Shown here: one piece after another, positions 1 to 9,698 of the stretch | Numbering within the stretch: position 1 is the stretch's first letter | How the letters are laid out: every line of letters begins with the position of its first letter | Assembly (NCBI GenBank): GCA_050331235.1 | Contig: JBHJHA010000011.1 | Location: 64,001 to 128,000, forward strand | Length of the DNA stretch: 64,000 bases | From: Leptolyngbyaceae cyanobacterium | Lineage (GTDB): Bacteria; Cyanobacteriota; Cyanobacteriia; Phormidesmidales; Phormidesmidaceae | Direction of reading: 5' to 3' | Position numbers and translations under genes: made by a program | The notes under the pieces: generated by a model | Told to the model about the DNA's origin: nothing | Database searches by the model: none | The model's input: only the letters and a program-made list of their open reading frames with translations

Positions 1-461
1 TGATCGATGATGGTGTTGACCACAGCAGCCGCCGTTTCCGGATCATCGCTGACATATTCAATTTCAACCACGTCTGTTCCACTGACAATGCCCACATCCA
101 AATTGGACGATAAAGCACCAGGTCTGATTGGATCACCATCTTCATCACGAAGGTCAAGGACCTCAACGGTTTCCGCAAGGATAGGTCTCGACTTAATGAT
201 TTGTATCTGAGTAGTCAAGGGCGTTTGGTCGTTGAGCAATGACTCTAACCGTGCCCCTTGACCGTCACCTAAGTCAGTCAGCGCAGAAGCTGTATCGACC
301 TTGGTAAAGAGTAACTTAGCATCAGCGGAGTACGTAGGTTCAACCCTAGTTGACGCAAAAGCTGCTAGGGCAATACATGTTGCAAATGCCCCCACTGCCA
401 GCAGCCCAGATTCACGAATTGAGCGGCTAATTTGTCGCATTTCTAGACCTTTCAACTCCAT
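1..461 (-). CDS. GumC/Wzc-family polysaccharide chain-length determinant / tyrosine autokinase, N-terminal part (runs off window)
   Basis: Not in ORF track. Manual translation from ATG at 461: MELKGLEMRQISRSIRESGLLAVGAFATCIALAAFASTRVEPTYSADAKLLF...PLTTQIQIIKSRPILAETV...GTDVVEIEYVSDDPETAAAVVNTIID, i.e. an N-terminal TM helix, PxYxAxAxLL, TQxxIIxSxPIL and the DPxxAAxxVN motif of Wzz/GumC proteins. Confidence 0.8.
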   Translation of the reverse strand, partial: MELKGLEMRQISRSIRESGLLAVGAFATCIALAAFASTRVEPTYSADAKLLFTKVDTASALTDLGDGQGARLESLLNDQTPLTTQIQIIKSRPILAETVEVLDLRDEDGDPIRPGALSSNLDVGIVSGTDVVEIEYVSDDPETAAAVVNTIID

Positions 462-1561
462 ATCACCTGCTTAGCTCAATCAGTTTCTCTAGAGCCATTT
501 AGTTTATCTTCCTGTAGTAGCGATTGGTGCCCAGCTTGGCTGCGGGTGTCGGATTGGTTTCACCCAAGACGAATGCGACTGCTGAGTCGACTTAAATTTC
601 CCCAATTTAGCAATGACGTGACTCGGTCCATCCATAGAAAATTTTAGGACTTTAGAGGTTTTCGTAGAGAAAACGGTAAACGCATATTCGGATTTTCGTT
701 TGCAAGCGAGATATGACAGACACCTCGAGTCATTCTTATCTGATCAAATTGTCAGGTGTAAGCTCTCTCGCGATCGCTCCCCTATATGCTGCCCTGAGTC
801 GCGGTTTTCCATTCAACCCGATATCTATTAAAAATGATAGAAGCAATTTCTCCCTTACTAAGGGAATTATGGCTTTCATTGTTTGACATTTTATAATTAG
901 ATGTTGAAGTTAAAGCTTCTGCAAAGTATCCACCAACGCTCTTCAGTAAAAATACGCGAAGCCTAGTAAACCAACTAAAAAACTTACCAGGCAAGGCTTT
1001 TGGTCCCAAAATCAATTCAAGCCAGCATCTTGCCTGTATCTTTTGAAACTCATCTTACGGAATACCCAACAGAAACTTTATATCAGGCGCTCTCCTCTCA
1101 GTAATAATGCCCAGTGCTTCGCTCAAAATGCCAGAAGCAAAGATGTTTTCTCGGGCTACGCATCGAGAAACGATTGAAACGGCTGTCAAGTTTGAGGAAC
1201 CAGTTTGAGGTTTAATGACGGTTGTCCTGAGCGATTAAGTTCCCGACTTGATTGGGATTCCGCCGCGGACAGAGGATCAGTAGATTGCCGTGAGTACTCT
1301 ACCTAGAGAGCAAAAATCCGGGTCCAAGGTGCCGCGAAAGACCTTGACATAGGCGATTCGACGATGGTGAAGATATCCAGCTCGGCGAAAGTTCACAAGT
1401 CGTTTCTTCTACGGAAAGTAACAGAAGAGAGACATTAGATCGAAAGCGCTAGTTAGGCGCACACCGACTCAAGAGGCAGAAAACTTCGGCAGCAAACTGG
1501 CTTGGACAGCCATCTGTAGGCAACATGCCCTTAAGATGACCTGGACATAGAAGGCTATTGG

Positions 1562-2953
1562 CTAGCATTCGATTACATTCACCGGCAGCACGCTCACGGC
1601 CAGTCCGCCCCGTGAGGTTTCCTTGTATTTTTCATGCATGTCTTTGCCGGTATCGCGCATTGTCTGGATAACTTTATCTAGATGAACACAGTGGGTGCCA
1701 TCTCCCTTGAGGGCCATTCGCGAGGCATTAATCGCTTTGATAGCGCCCATGGCATTGCGTTCGATACAGGGGATCTGTACCAACCCGGCAATGGGATCGC
1801 ACGTCAGCCCGAGATTGTGTTCCATCCCAATCTCAGCCGCATTTTCCACTTGGGCAGGGGTACCTCCTAGGACTTCTGTCAAGGCGGCGGCGGCCATTGA
1901 GCAAGCCACGCCAACTTCACCCTGACAGCCCACATCAGCTCCTGAAATCGAGGCATTTTTTTTATACAGTATCGCAATCGCCCCTGCCGTCAATAAAAAT
2001 CGCACAATCCCCCGATCAGTGGCACCGGGACAAAACTGTTGATAATAATGCGCGACTGCAGGAATGATGCCGGCAGCCCCGTTGGTCGGCGCAGTAACGA
2101 TGCGCCCGCCAGCGGCATTTTCCTCATTGACGGCCATAGCGTAGACATTTACCCAGTCCATAATGTGGAGCGGATCAACGAGACAGGAGGCCGACTGAGA
2201 TTTCAAGTGAGTATAGAGATTCGCAGCTCGTCGCTCGACTCTGAGCCCTCCCGGCAGGACTCCATAGGTACGACAGCCCCGGCCAACGCAGGCCTGCATG
2301 ACTGCCCAGATCCGCAACAGCCCTTTGCGAATGGTCTCCTCTGAGTGCCATGCCTGTTCGTTTTGCAGCATTAGGTCGCTGATTGAGAGCTCATTTTGCT
2401 GACAGTGCCTCAGCAACTGCGCCGCTGAATCGAATGGGTAAGGAACTGGTGATCGATGAAGCTGATCGCCATCGACGCTACTTGCGGCTTCATCAATGAT
2501 AAAGCCGCCGCCAATCGAGTAGTAAGCTCGGCTTTGCACGATCGCCCCCCAGCGGTCAAAAGTAGTAAACACCATCCCGTTGGGATGGGTGGGTAATGGC
2601 CGCCAGTGCCACTGAAAATCTGTCTTAGCCTGAAAGGGAATGGGCATTTGACGTAGGAGCCATAGAGCCCCCGTAGCATGAATGCGGTGCAAGTGACCCT
2701 CGACCAAATCGGGGTTGGCGCATTCTGGCAATTCGCCTTCGAGTCCCAGCAACACAGCGCGATCGCTACCATGGCCGCGACCAGTGGCCCCGAGAGAACC
2801 ATGCAAGTCAATCTGCATTCGCTTGACCTGATCGAGCAAACCAGCCGCGGCCAACCCTTGGACGAACTGTCTCGCTGCTTTCATCGGCCCCATCGTATGG
2901 GAGCTAGAGGGGCCAAGACCAATCTTGAAGATGTCGAAGACACTAATAGACAT
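1562..2953 (-). CDS. sdaA: L-serine ammonia-lyase (single-chain Fe-S serine dehydratase)
   Basis: [55 protein letters not shown] and [10 protein letters not shown] motifs; start set at MSISVFD (ATG 2953). Confidence 0.93.
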   Translation of the reverse strand: MSISVFDIFKIGLGPSSSHTMGPMKAARQFVQGLAAAGLLDQVKRMQIDLHGSLGATGRGHGSDRAVLLGLEGELPECANPDLVEGHLHRIHATGALWLLRQMPIPFQAKTDFQWHWRPLPTHPNGMVFTTFDRWGAIVQSRAYYSIGGGFIIDEAASSVDGDQLHRSPVPYPFDSAAQLLRHCQQNELSISDLMLQNEQAWHSEETIRKGLLRIWAVMQACVGRGCRTYGVLPGGLRVERRAANLYTHLKSQSASCLVDPLHIMDWVNVYAMAVNEENAAGGRIVTAPTNGAAGIIPAVAHYYQQFCPGATDRGIVRFLLTAGAIAILYKKNASISGADVGCQGEVGVACSMAAAALTEVLGGTPAQVENAAEIGMEHNLGLTCDPIAGLVQIPCIERNAMGAIKAINASRMALKGDGTHCVHLDKVIQTMRDTGKDMHEKYKETSRGGLAVSVLPVNVIEC

Positions 2954-3160
2954 TGATTGCTCGCCGGCTACTTTGTTTGTCCCAAGCTGATAGCAGGGAG
3001 CGTTAGGATATCTTTGATCTGCTAGTGAGTAGGTGAGCGGGATCAGCCTATCTATATCCAACAAAAACGAGCATTTACTTAAGCTCAGGCCCAGGTACAG
3101 GCACCATGGGGGCCTCTATTGGCAGATTTGTAGGTACAGTCGCGCTGCTCAGCCCCAGCT

Positions 3161-5584
3161 CTAAAGCAATTTTTCAACCACCGTAGCCGCTAGAGGCTGG
3201 CCAAAATATTCCACCGTCACTGCCGCTCCAGGATGGGCATACCCCAGGGGCAGATAGGCATAAACGATACATCGTCCGAGGCTGTAGCCATATCCGGCAC
3301 TGGTGACATATCCCAAGACTTTGCCATCTGCGATGACTGGTTCTTTGCCCATCACTACCGCTGTTGGATCATCTAAGGTGATAAAGCAGAGCTTGCGGCT
3401 GGCGTACTCTCGACGCTGTAGCAGCGCCTCTTTGCCCACAAAATCTCCTTTGTCCGGTTTTACGGCAAAGTCCAATCCGGCCTCATAGGGATCATATTCT
3501 GTGTGAATATCTGAGCCCCACAATAAAAAGCCCTTCTCTAATCGCAGGGTGTCAAAGGCTCCTAGCCCCGCTGCGACCAGACCCGACGCTTGCCCCGCCG
3601 CCCACAGAGTATCCCACAGCTTGAGTCCGCACTCCATTGGGGTGTACAGTTCCCATCCGGCTTCACCGACGTAGGATACCCGCACTGCCAAAACTGGAAG
3701 GTTGCCAATCTGTAAATAGCGGTTGCTAAAGAATTTGAAGTTGGCCCTGGAGACATCAGCGGCGGTCACAGACTGAAGGATTGCTGGAGCCTTGGGTCCC
3801 CAGAGTCCGACACAGCAATAGCTTGAGGAAACATCGGTAATGCGCACCGAGCCATCGGCCGGTAAGTGCGATCGCAGCCAAGCTAAATCATGTCCATAGA
3901 CAGAGCCCCCTGTCACCACCCAGTACTTTTCTGGACCTAAACGACTGACTGTGAGGTCGCACATGATGCCGCCATTGGAATCTAGCATCGCCGTATAGAC
4001 GACCTTACCCACCGGCTTATCCACGTCATTAGCACACAGCCCCTGCAAATAGGCCACAACGCCAGGTCCCGTCACCTCAAACTTAGCAAACGGCGTCAGA
4101 TCGTAGAGTGCGGCCCGCTGCCGAGTTGCTAGATGCTCAGCCCCTTGGATGGGCGACCAGTGCCGAGCTTCCCAGCCCTGTCGCGGTGGAATAGTGAACT
4201 CATCTAGCAGCGCAATGTTGGATTTGAACCATTGGGGACGCTCCCATCCAGCACTGAAGACAAACTGCGCCCCTAGCGCTTGCAGACGAGGATGAAACGG
4301 ACTCACCCGGAGTTCGCGAGAGTGAGCTTGCTGCTCTAAAGGGTGGATGATGTCATATACCTCGTCATACTGCTGCGCCCCCGCCCGCATAATAAAATCG
4401 GCACTTTTGCACACGGCAGGAAAGCGATTGATGTCCATTTCATGGATATCGAGGTTTGACACCCCGGTAGTCATCAGGTCGGCAACCACTTTGCCAACGC
4501 CACCCCCATGGGTGACCCAAACCGCTTCGGCCACCCAAAATCCTTTAGCCTGGCTAGACTCACCCACCACAGAACCGCCATCCGGCGTAAACGAAAACAT
4601 GCCGTTGATTTTATAAGTCAACTCAGCCTCGGCCAGCGCCGGAAATAACTCCTGGGTTGACTGCCAAGCTGGACCAAAATGCTCCTCGGTGAATGGCTTA
4701 ACCGATGGCATCACCGGGGCGTCTGCATAGGGCAAGATATAGTCCGGATCCACGAGCAGCGGTTCATGTTGATAGGAGCCAATCCCCCAACAGTCGCCAT
4801 GCTGACGGAAATACATCGCGTGATCTTGGTGACGCACGATCGGATAGCTCACTTCTTCGGTGGCATGGCTCAGTTCCGGGATTGGGGAGGTTTTGACATA
4901 CTGATGCTGCACGGGGGTGAGTGGTATGACTTCCCCAACCATGCGACCAACGCGAGGGCCCCAGATACCTGCACAAACCAGCACCTTGTCAGTCTCAATG
5001 CGGCCCTGATCCGTGACCACGGCTTTGACTTGGCCAGCGATCACCTCAATGTCGGTCACGGTCGTGTTGCCGTGAAAGGCGGCAGCCTCAGCATCAATGG
5101 CAAATTGTGCCAAGGCCTCGGCTGCCCGCAAAGCCTTAGCAATGCCATCCGTTGGCACAAAAAAGCCCCCCAAGATTTTCGCCTCGTCTAGCAGCGGCAG
5201 CTTAGCTTTTACCGCCGCTGGGGAGAGTAAGCTGGCACCTTCGACGCCCCAAGCTTTGGCCCAGCCAAGCTTACGCTGGAGTTCGGCCAGACGAGCCTCG
5301 GTATAGGCCACTTCGATGCCGCCAACGGGGTAAAACGCAGGCCCTTCCTCCGTTTTGAGCTGGCTGTAGAGCTCAACGGTGTACTGGGCTAACTTGGTCA
5401 TCGTTCTCGACGGGTTGGTTTGAAACACCAGTCCCGGAGCGTGGGAAGTAGAACCGCCGGTCGCGAAGAGAGGGCCTTGGTCGATAACCACTATATTTTG
5501 CCAACCGAGCTTGGCAAGATGGTAAGTCGTGCTACAGCCGACAATGCCAGCACCGATAACAACAAGCGTCGCATGGGATTGCAT
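3161..5584 (-). CDS. Dimethylglycine oxidase-like flavoprotein (FAD oxidase + GcvT folate-binding domain)
   Basis: GAGIVG FAD motif; GSTSHAPGLVFQTNPS, HQYVKT, RHQDHAMY, FSFTPDG and AEAVWVTH closely follow Arthrobacter DMGO as I recall it, including the flavinylated His; C-terminal GcvT domain (LRLEKG, GYVTSAGYG); start set at MQSHAT. Confidence 0.88.
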   Translation of the reverse strand: MQSHATLVVIGAGIVGCSTTYHLAKLGWQNIVVIDQGPLFATGGSTSHAPGLVFQTNPSRTMTKLAQYTVELYSQLKTEEGPAFYPVGGIEVAYTEARLAELQRKLGWAKAWGVEGASLLSPAAVKAKLPLLDEAKILGGFFVPTDGIAKALRAAEALAQFAIDAEAAAFHGNTTVTDIEVIAGQVKAVVTDQGRIETDKVLVCAGIWGPRVGRMVGEVIPLTPVQHQYVKTSPIPELSHATEEVSYPIVRHQDHAMYFRQHGDCWGIGSYQHEPLLVDPDYILPYADAPVMPSVKPFTEEHFGPAWQSTQELFPALAEAELTYKINGMFSFTPDGGSVVGESSQAKGFWVAEAVWVTHGGGVGKVVADLMTTGVSNLDIHEMDINRFPAVCKSADFIMRAGAQQYDEVYDIIHPLEQQAHSRELRVSPFHPRLQALGAQFVFSAGWERPQWFKSNIALLDEFTIPPRQGWEARHWSPIQGAEHLATRQRAALYDLTPFAKFEVTGPGVVAYLQGLCANDVDKPVGKVVYTAMLDSNGGIMCDLTVSRLGPEKYWVVTGGSVYGHDLAWLRSHLPADGSVRITDVSSSYCCVGLWGPKAPAILQSVTAADVSRANFKFFSNRYLQIGNLPVLAVRVSYVGEAGWELYTPMECGLKLWDTLWAAGQASGLVAAGLGAFDTLRLEKGFLLWGSDIHTEYDPYEAGLDFAVKPDKGDFVGKEALLQRREYASRKLCFITLDDPTAVVMGKEPVIADGKVLGYVTSAGYGYSLGRCIVYAYLPLGYAHPGAAVTVEYFGQPLAATVVEKLL

Positions 5585-5668
5585 AAAGGAGGCTCCGGAT
5601 TGATGAGGAATAGGCAGGAGGAGCAATGCTGGTTGACAAAGAGTTGCCTTCGCGCTTTTTGCTAAGGA

Positions 5669-6904
5669 CTAGCCGGAGGGAGAATCTCCGACGGCTTTAG
5701 CAACCATTTGCTGAAAGCGATAAACGGTCCGCTCCAACTCCGGCGAAAAACAACCGCCATCAAAATGTGGCGATTGGCGACCTACCTGCATCCGCTCAAT
5801 CATTTCGATGTCTTCGTCGTTGGTCGCTTGCCAGAGGTCAATAGGTAAATGGCGTAAGGCTTCGTTTTCGGGCGTCATCGCGTCATCGCCGACAAAATAA
5901 AAGACCATACGCTCTCGCGTCTGACTTGGCCCTAGCGGATTGGCAATAAAGACGAGAACGTAATCAGGATGTACGCCCAGCATCAAATTTGGGAAAACCG
6001 TGATGTACTCTGCCACCGTGTCTTTCTGGTGTGTGGCCAGATTGGGAAAGGTCGGCAGCGATCGCCCCGCGATGACACCACTCTTGTACAGTAGACTACC
6101 TTGCCCAACATGGATGTCACCGACATCAAAACCGAAATGGTCTTCCATGCGGGAGTAACTGTTTAACGCTGGATGCACCCAACTTAGGTGATAGCTTTCA
6201 GAAAAGTTCTCGACGGCTAACTTCCAGTTGCTGTTGCAGGTGAGCGTAACTTCACGCGGTTCTCGCCGCAGCTGACTCAAATCGTAGGTTGACCAGCGAT
6301 CGCACACGGGCTGCAAATATGTGGACAGCGGTGGCGCATCGCCAGACAAGTTAACAAACACAAGATCCAGCCACTGCTCACAGCGAATCGGCTGTAGCCC
6401 CCGGCTCTCTCGGTCAAATCCAGGAAATGCATCTTTGTAGTACCCACCAAAGTGGGGCGTACTTTTGAGCTGTCCATCCAGACGATAGGTCCAAGAGTGA
6501 TAAGGACAGCGAAGATTACCTTTGACATTGCAAGGGGTAGTGACTAACTGGAGCCCCCGGTGACTGCACACATTGTGAAAGGCTCGCAATTGTCCCTCGC
6601 GATCGCGTACCAGCGCGATCGGGATCCCCGCCACCTCAGCAGGATATACGTCGCCAGGTAAAGGGAGATCTGAGGCTAAACCAACGCAGACCCAGTAACG
6701 ACTAAATACGCTTTGCCGCTCCTGCTGCCAATAAGCCTCATCAACATACGCCTGAGCTGGCAACCCCGGAGCATGATAACCGCCGAGGCGGAGCGTGGGA
6801 GACAGCGAGGCCGCAGGCAGATCTAAAGATACATTGGCACATCTACCCCGCCCCTTAACCATAGCGAGATCAGGCGGCAAAGCCGCAATTTCTTCTGGAG
6901 GCAT
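5669..6904 (-). CDS. Rieske non-heme iron oxygenase alpha subunit, quaternary-amine (choline/betaine monooxygenase) group
   Basis: Rieske motif CSH...CPYHSW; mononuclear Fe motif NWKLAVENFSESYHLSWVHP and late ED; substrate inferred from gene context. Confidence 0.85.
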   Translation of the reverse strand: MPPEEIAALPPDLAMVKGRGRCANVSLDLPAASLSPTLRLGGYHAPGLPAQAYVDEAYWQQERQSVFSRYWVCVGLASDLPLPGDVYPAEVAGIPIALVRDREGQLRAFHNVCSHRGLQLVTTPCNVKGNLRCPYHSWTYRLDGQLKSTPHFGGYYKDAFPGFDRESRGLQPIRCEQWLDLVFVNLSGDAPPLSTYLQPVCDRWSTYDLSQLRREPREVTLTCNSNWKLAVENFSESYHLSWVHPALNSYSRMEDHFGFDVGDIHVGQGSLLYKSGVIAGRSLPTFPNLATHQKDTVAEYITVFPNLMLGVHPDYVLVFIANPLGPSQTRERMVFYFVGDDAMTPENEALRHLPIDLWQATNDEDIEMIERMQVGRQSPHFDGGCFSPELERTVYRFQQMVAKAVGDSPSG

Positions 6905-7030
6905 TTTAATCTCTCAGACTAAAAGAAATGTACAAACGCTTTTGAACTTGCAGCACAGACACAGGCATCCGCACGAAGCGAATGCCGAAGTAAACCAGAC
7001 TCTCAAAAGCTATCATTACAGGTGATAAAC

Positions 7031-7046
7031 ACATGTAATAACAAGT
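7031..7046. promoter_or_regulatory. Putative GntR/HutC-type operator (ACATGTAATAACAAGT) upstream of the Rieske gene
   Basis: Imperfect palindrome with TGT-N4-ACA core, similar to a second site at 7385-7400; a GntR-UTRA gene lies in the cluster. Confidence 0.5.
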
Positions 7047-7384
7047 GAATAAATGAACAGTATCTTTGGCAATTCCCATCTTTTGTCTTATAGGAAACAG
7101 TTTTTTATTTATTTCTTCAGGGAATCTTGACCTCTGACCGTCTACTAAGATAGTTACCGAAAGCTTAAACTCTCCCTACAAAAGGATTTGAAGCAGAAGC
7201 AATCTAGTCTTCTATTGAGCTGCTTCTAAATTTTAAGGTTCTGGATAGACAGGAGACAAATCTTCTCAGGTTCTGCATCAACTTTACGGCTGATTGGCTC
7301 GAAGAGTAAGAATCCACTGCTATGTTCAAGGGAATTATCTCTAAGAAGCAGGGCTACCCTTGGTAATATCAAGCGTCGTTTTGT

Positions 7385-7400
7385 GCTTGTAGTGACAACT
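7385..7400. promoter_or_regulatory. Putative GntR/HutC-type operator (GCTTGTAGTGACAACT) upstream of the BCCT operon
   Basis: TTGT-N4-ACAA palindrome sharing TGTA(A/G)T(A/G)ACAA with 7031-7046. Confidence 0.5.
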
Positions 7401-7442
7401 GTAATTTTGAAAACAGTTTTATTGACTAGCAGGCTCTACGTT
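7401..7442 (+). promoter_or_regulatory. NtcA-type promoter candidate: GTA-N8-AAC, 22-nt spacer, TACGTT (-10)
   Basis: GTAATTTTGAAAAC at 7401-7414 (one mismatch to GTA-N8-TAC), then exactly 22 nt, then TAN3T at 7437-7442. Confidence 0.4.
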
Positions 7443-7887
7443 GGCATTGATAGAGTTTGCTAAAACCTTGTGTTTTGATCGTTCACGACCGTCTAGGTTG
7501 AATGAGAGGAGGGCTTTTATCTGTCAAACTAAACCCCTAGAGCTTGTTGACAAATGGCATGCTAGACGTGGTGGGTTACACTCACGCTGGTTCCGTTAGA
7601 GCGATGGGTGCTCGTTAGGTCTGTCAGCGATGCTTTTCCGCAGCGGTACTGCTATGGCCCAGGCCGCCAGAACTTTGTAACGGGGTATTGTACTTACTTG
7701 ACAAGCCCTGAAGACTGTTGAAGGGTATTGATGTGCGACAGCGGAGGCAGAGGATGTCACAGCTTTATGTGTCGGATGTAACTTTCCACTGTGAGAGTAC
7801 ACAGGCCGAGCATATGCCATGTTTGAGCTCAGACTGTCGAGCCATCGCTGCCTATCGATATGTTGGAACCTAAATTAAATAACCATC

Positions 7888-9561
7888 ATGACCTCTGAGA
7901 ATTATGGGCATAGCCAGCCTGAGGAGCATTTTCAACGAATGCCAGAGCATGCGCCCACTCGCCACCTTGATCGTCGACCGGGCGATCGCAACATCACCGC
8001 TAGGGGGTTCGACTTTCATCCTGAGGTGTTTTTAGTTTCAGGAGGACTAATCCTACTGTTTGTGGTGTTGACCCTCATCTTCCAGGCACCGGCTGAGAGT
8101 CTTTTTGGTCAAATCCAGTCTTTTATCGCGGGCTCGTTGGGCTGGTTCCTGATTTTGTCTGTATCTGTTTTCTTGGTATTTACCGTCTATATCGCCTTTA
8201 GCAAGTTAGGCAAAGTGCGTTTGGGCGGTCCTGATGCAAAACCAGAGTTTCCCACCTTCGCTTGGATTGCCATGCTCATCAGCGCTGGTATGGGCATTGG
8301 TCTCATGTTTTGGAGCGTGGCAGAGCCGATTTACCATTTCCAGTCGCCCCCAGCTTTGCTCGGCGAGATTCCGCCTAACTCGGCAGATGCCGCCAAACAG
8401 GCCCTGGGCATTACCTTCTTCCACTGGGGTCTGCATGCTTGGGGCATTTATGCCTTAGTTGGTTTATCCCTCGCATTTTTCACCTATAACTGGGGCCTCC
8501 CACTGACCATTCGTTCCGTTTTCTTTCCCCTGTTGGGCGAGAAGATCTATGGCTGGCCCGGCAATATGATTGATATCCTAGCCGTTGCGTCCACTTTGTT
8601 TGGACTAGCAACATCCTTGGGCTTTGGGGTACAGCAGGTCAACGCCGGACTAAATTTCCTGTTTGGCTTAGATACCAGCACTACGGTTCAGGTCGGATTA
8701 ATCGCCATCATCACGGGCTTTGCTACAGCCTCAGTCGTCTCCGGTCTGGGAAATGGAGTACGGCGACTGAGTGAGCTGAATATGATTTTGGCCGCCACCC
8801 TGATGGTGTTTGTTCTGTTAGTAGGACCCACCTTATTCATCTTCAACTCCTTTGTGGAGACGGTAGGCTACTACGCCGCTTCCCTACCGACGATGAGTTT
8901 CTGGACAGAAACCTTTTCGGGTACTGACTGGCAAAATAGCTGGACTGTCTTTTACTGGGGATGGTGGGTCTCTTGGTCACCATTTGTTGGTATCTTCATT
9001 GCTCGGGTCTCCAGGGGACGGACGGTTCGTGAATTCATTCTGGGCGTTTTGCTCTTGCCCTCCTTGCTGACGTTTTTGTGGATGTCAGTCTTTGGCGGCA
9101 CAGCCCTCAACTTTGAACTGGGCGCTGAGACCAGTGGCGTCATTAGCAGTGCCGTCAGCGAAAACGTTGCAACGGCTCTGTTCGTGATGCTGGAGCAACT
9201 GCCGCTAACCGGGCTGACCTCCTTTGTAGGCATTCTCCTGGTAGTCGTATTCTTCGTCACCTCTTCTGATTCGGGTTCTTTGGTGGTCGACAGTTTGACC
9301 TCTGGCGGCAAGCTTGAATCACCCATACCGCAGCGAGTTTTTTGGGCGGTGATGGAGGGCGTCGTGGCAGCTGCCCTCTTGTTAGGAGGTGGATTGTCGG
9401 CCTTGCAAACTGCAGCGATTACCACGGGCCTACCCTTTGCCATTGTGCTGTTGGTGATGTGTTACAGCATCTACAGAGGTTTGCAGTACGAGCACGATGT
9501 CATTCACGTCAAGGACAAGCTAAAGGAGTCAGAAGCTGCAGAAACGGCGATCGCCCCTTAA
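7888..9561 (+). CDS. BCCT family (betaine/carnitine/choline) transporter
   Basis: About 12 TM segments; SAGMGIGLMFWSVAEP, FFHWGLHAW, WTVFYWGWWVSWSPFVGIFIARVSRGRTVREF and FFVTSSDSGSLV signatures. Confidence 0.95.
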   Translation: MTSENYGHSQPEEHFQRMPEHAPTRHLDRRPGDRNITARGFDFHPEVFLVSGGLILLFVVLTLIFQAPAESLFGQIQSFIAGSLGWFLILSVSVFLVFTVYIAFSKLGKVRLGGPDAKPEFPTFAWIAMLISAGMGIGLMFWSVAEPIYHFQSPPALLGEIPPNSADAAKQALGITFFHWGLHAWGIYALVGLSLAFFTYNWGLPLTIRSVFFPLLGEKIYGWPGNMIDILAVASTLFGLATSLGFGVQQVNAGLNFLFGLDTSTTVQVGLIAIITGFATASVVSGLGNGVRRLSELNMILAATLMVFVLLVGPTLFIFNSFVETVGYYAASLPTMSFWTETFSGTDWQNSWTVFYWGWWVSWSPFVGIFIARVSRGRTVREFILGVLLLPSLLTFLWMSVFGGTALNFELGAETSGVISSAVSENVATALFVMLEQLPLTGLTSFVGILLVVVFFVTSSDSGSLVVDSLTSGGKLESPIPQRVFWAVMEGVVAAALLLGGGLSALQTAAITTGLPFAIVLLVMCYSIYRGLQYEHDVIHVKDKLKESEAAETAIAP

Positions 9562-9698
9562 TCGCCTCAGCTTCTCATCTCTCGGAGAGATCCTCGATGG
9601 GTACTCTTGGATCTCTCTATCGGGTTCTTAATCCTCAAACACGGCACCATCCCTAGCAAACTCTATCGGTTCACCTTTCGCTAGGAGCTTGGTTTGTC

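Noticed and set aside
7450..7887. Glycine or SAM riboswitch before the BCCT gene
   Set aside because: I could not find the conserved aptamer cores by eye; an Rfam scan would settle it
9585..9617. Hairpin GAGAGATCC...GGATCTCTC between BCCT and sarcosine oxidase genes
   Set aside because: No U-tract; probably an ordinary intercistronic stability element
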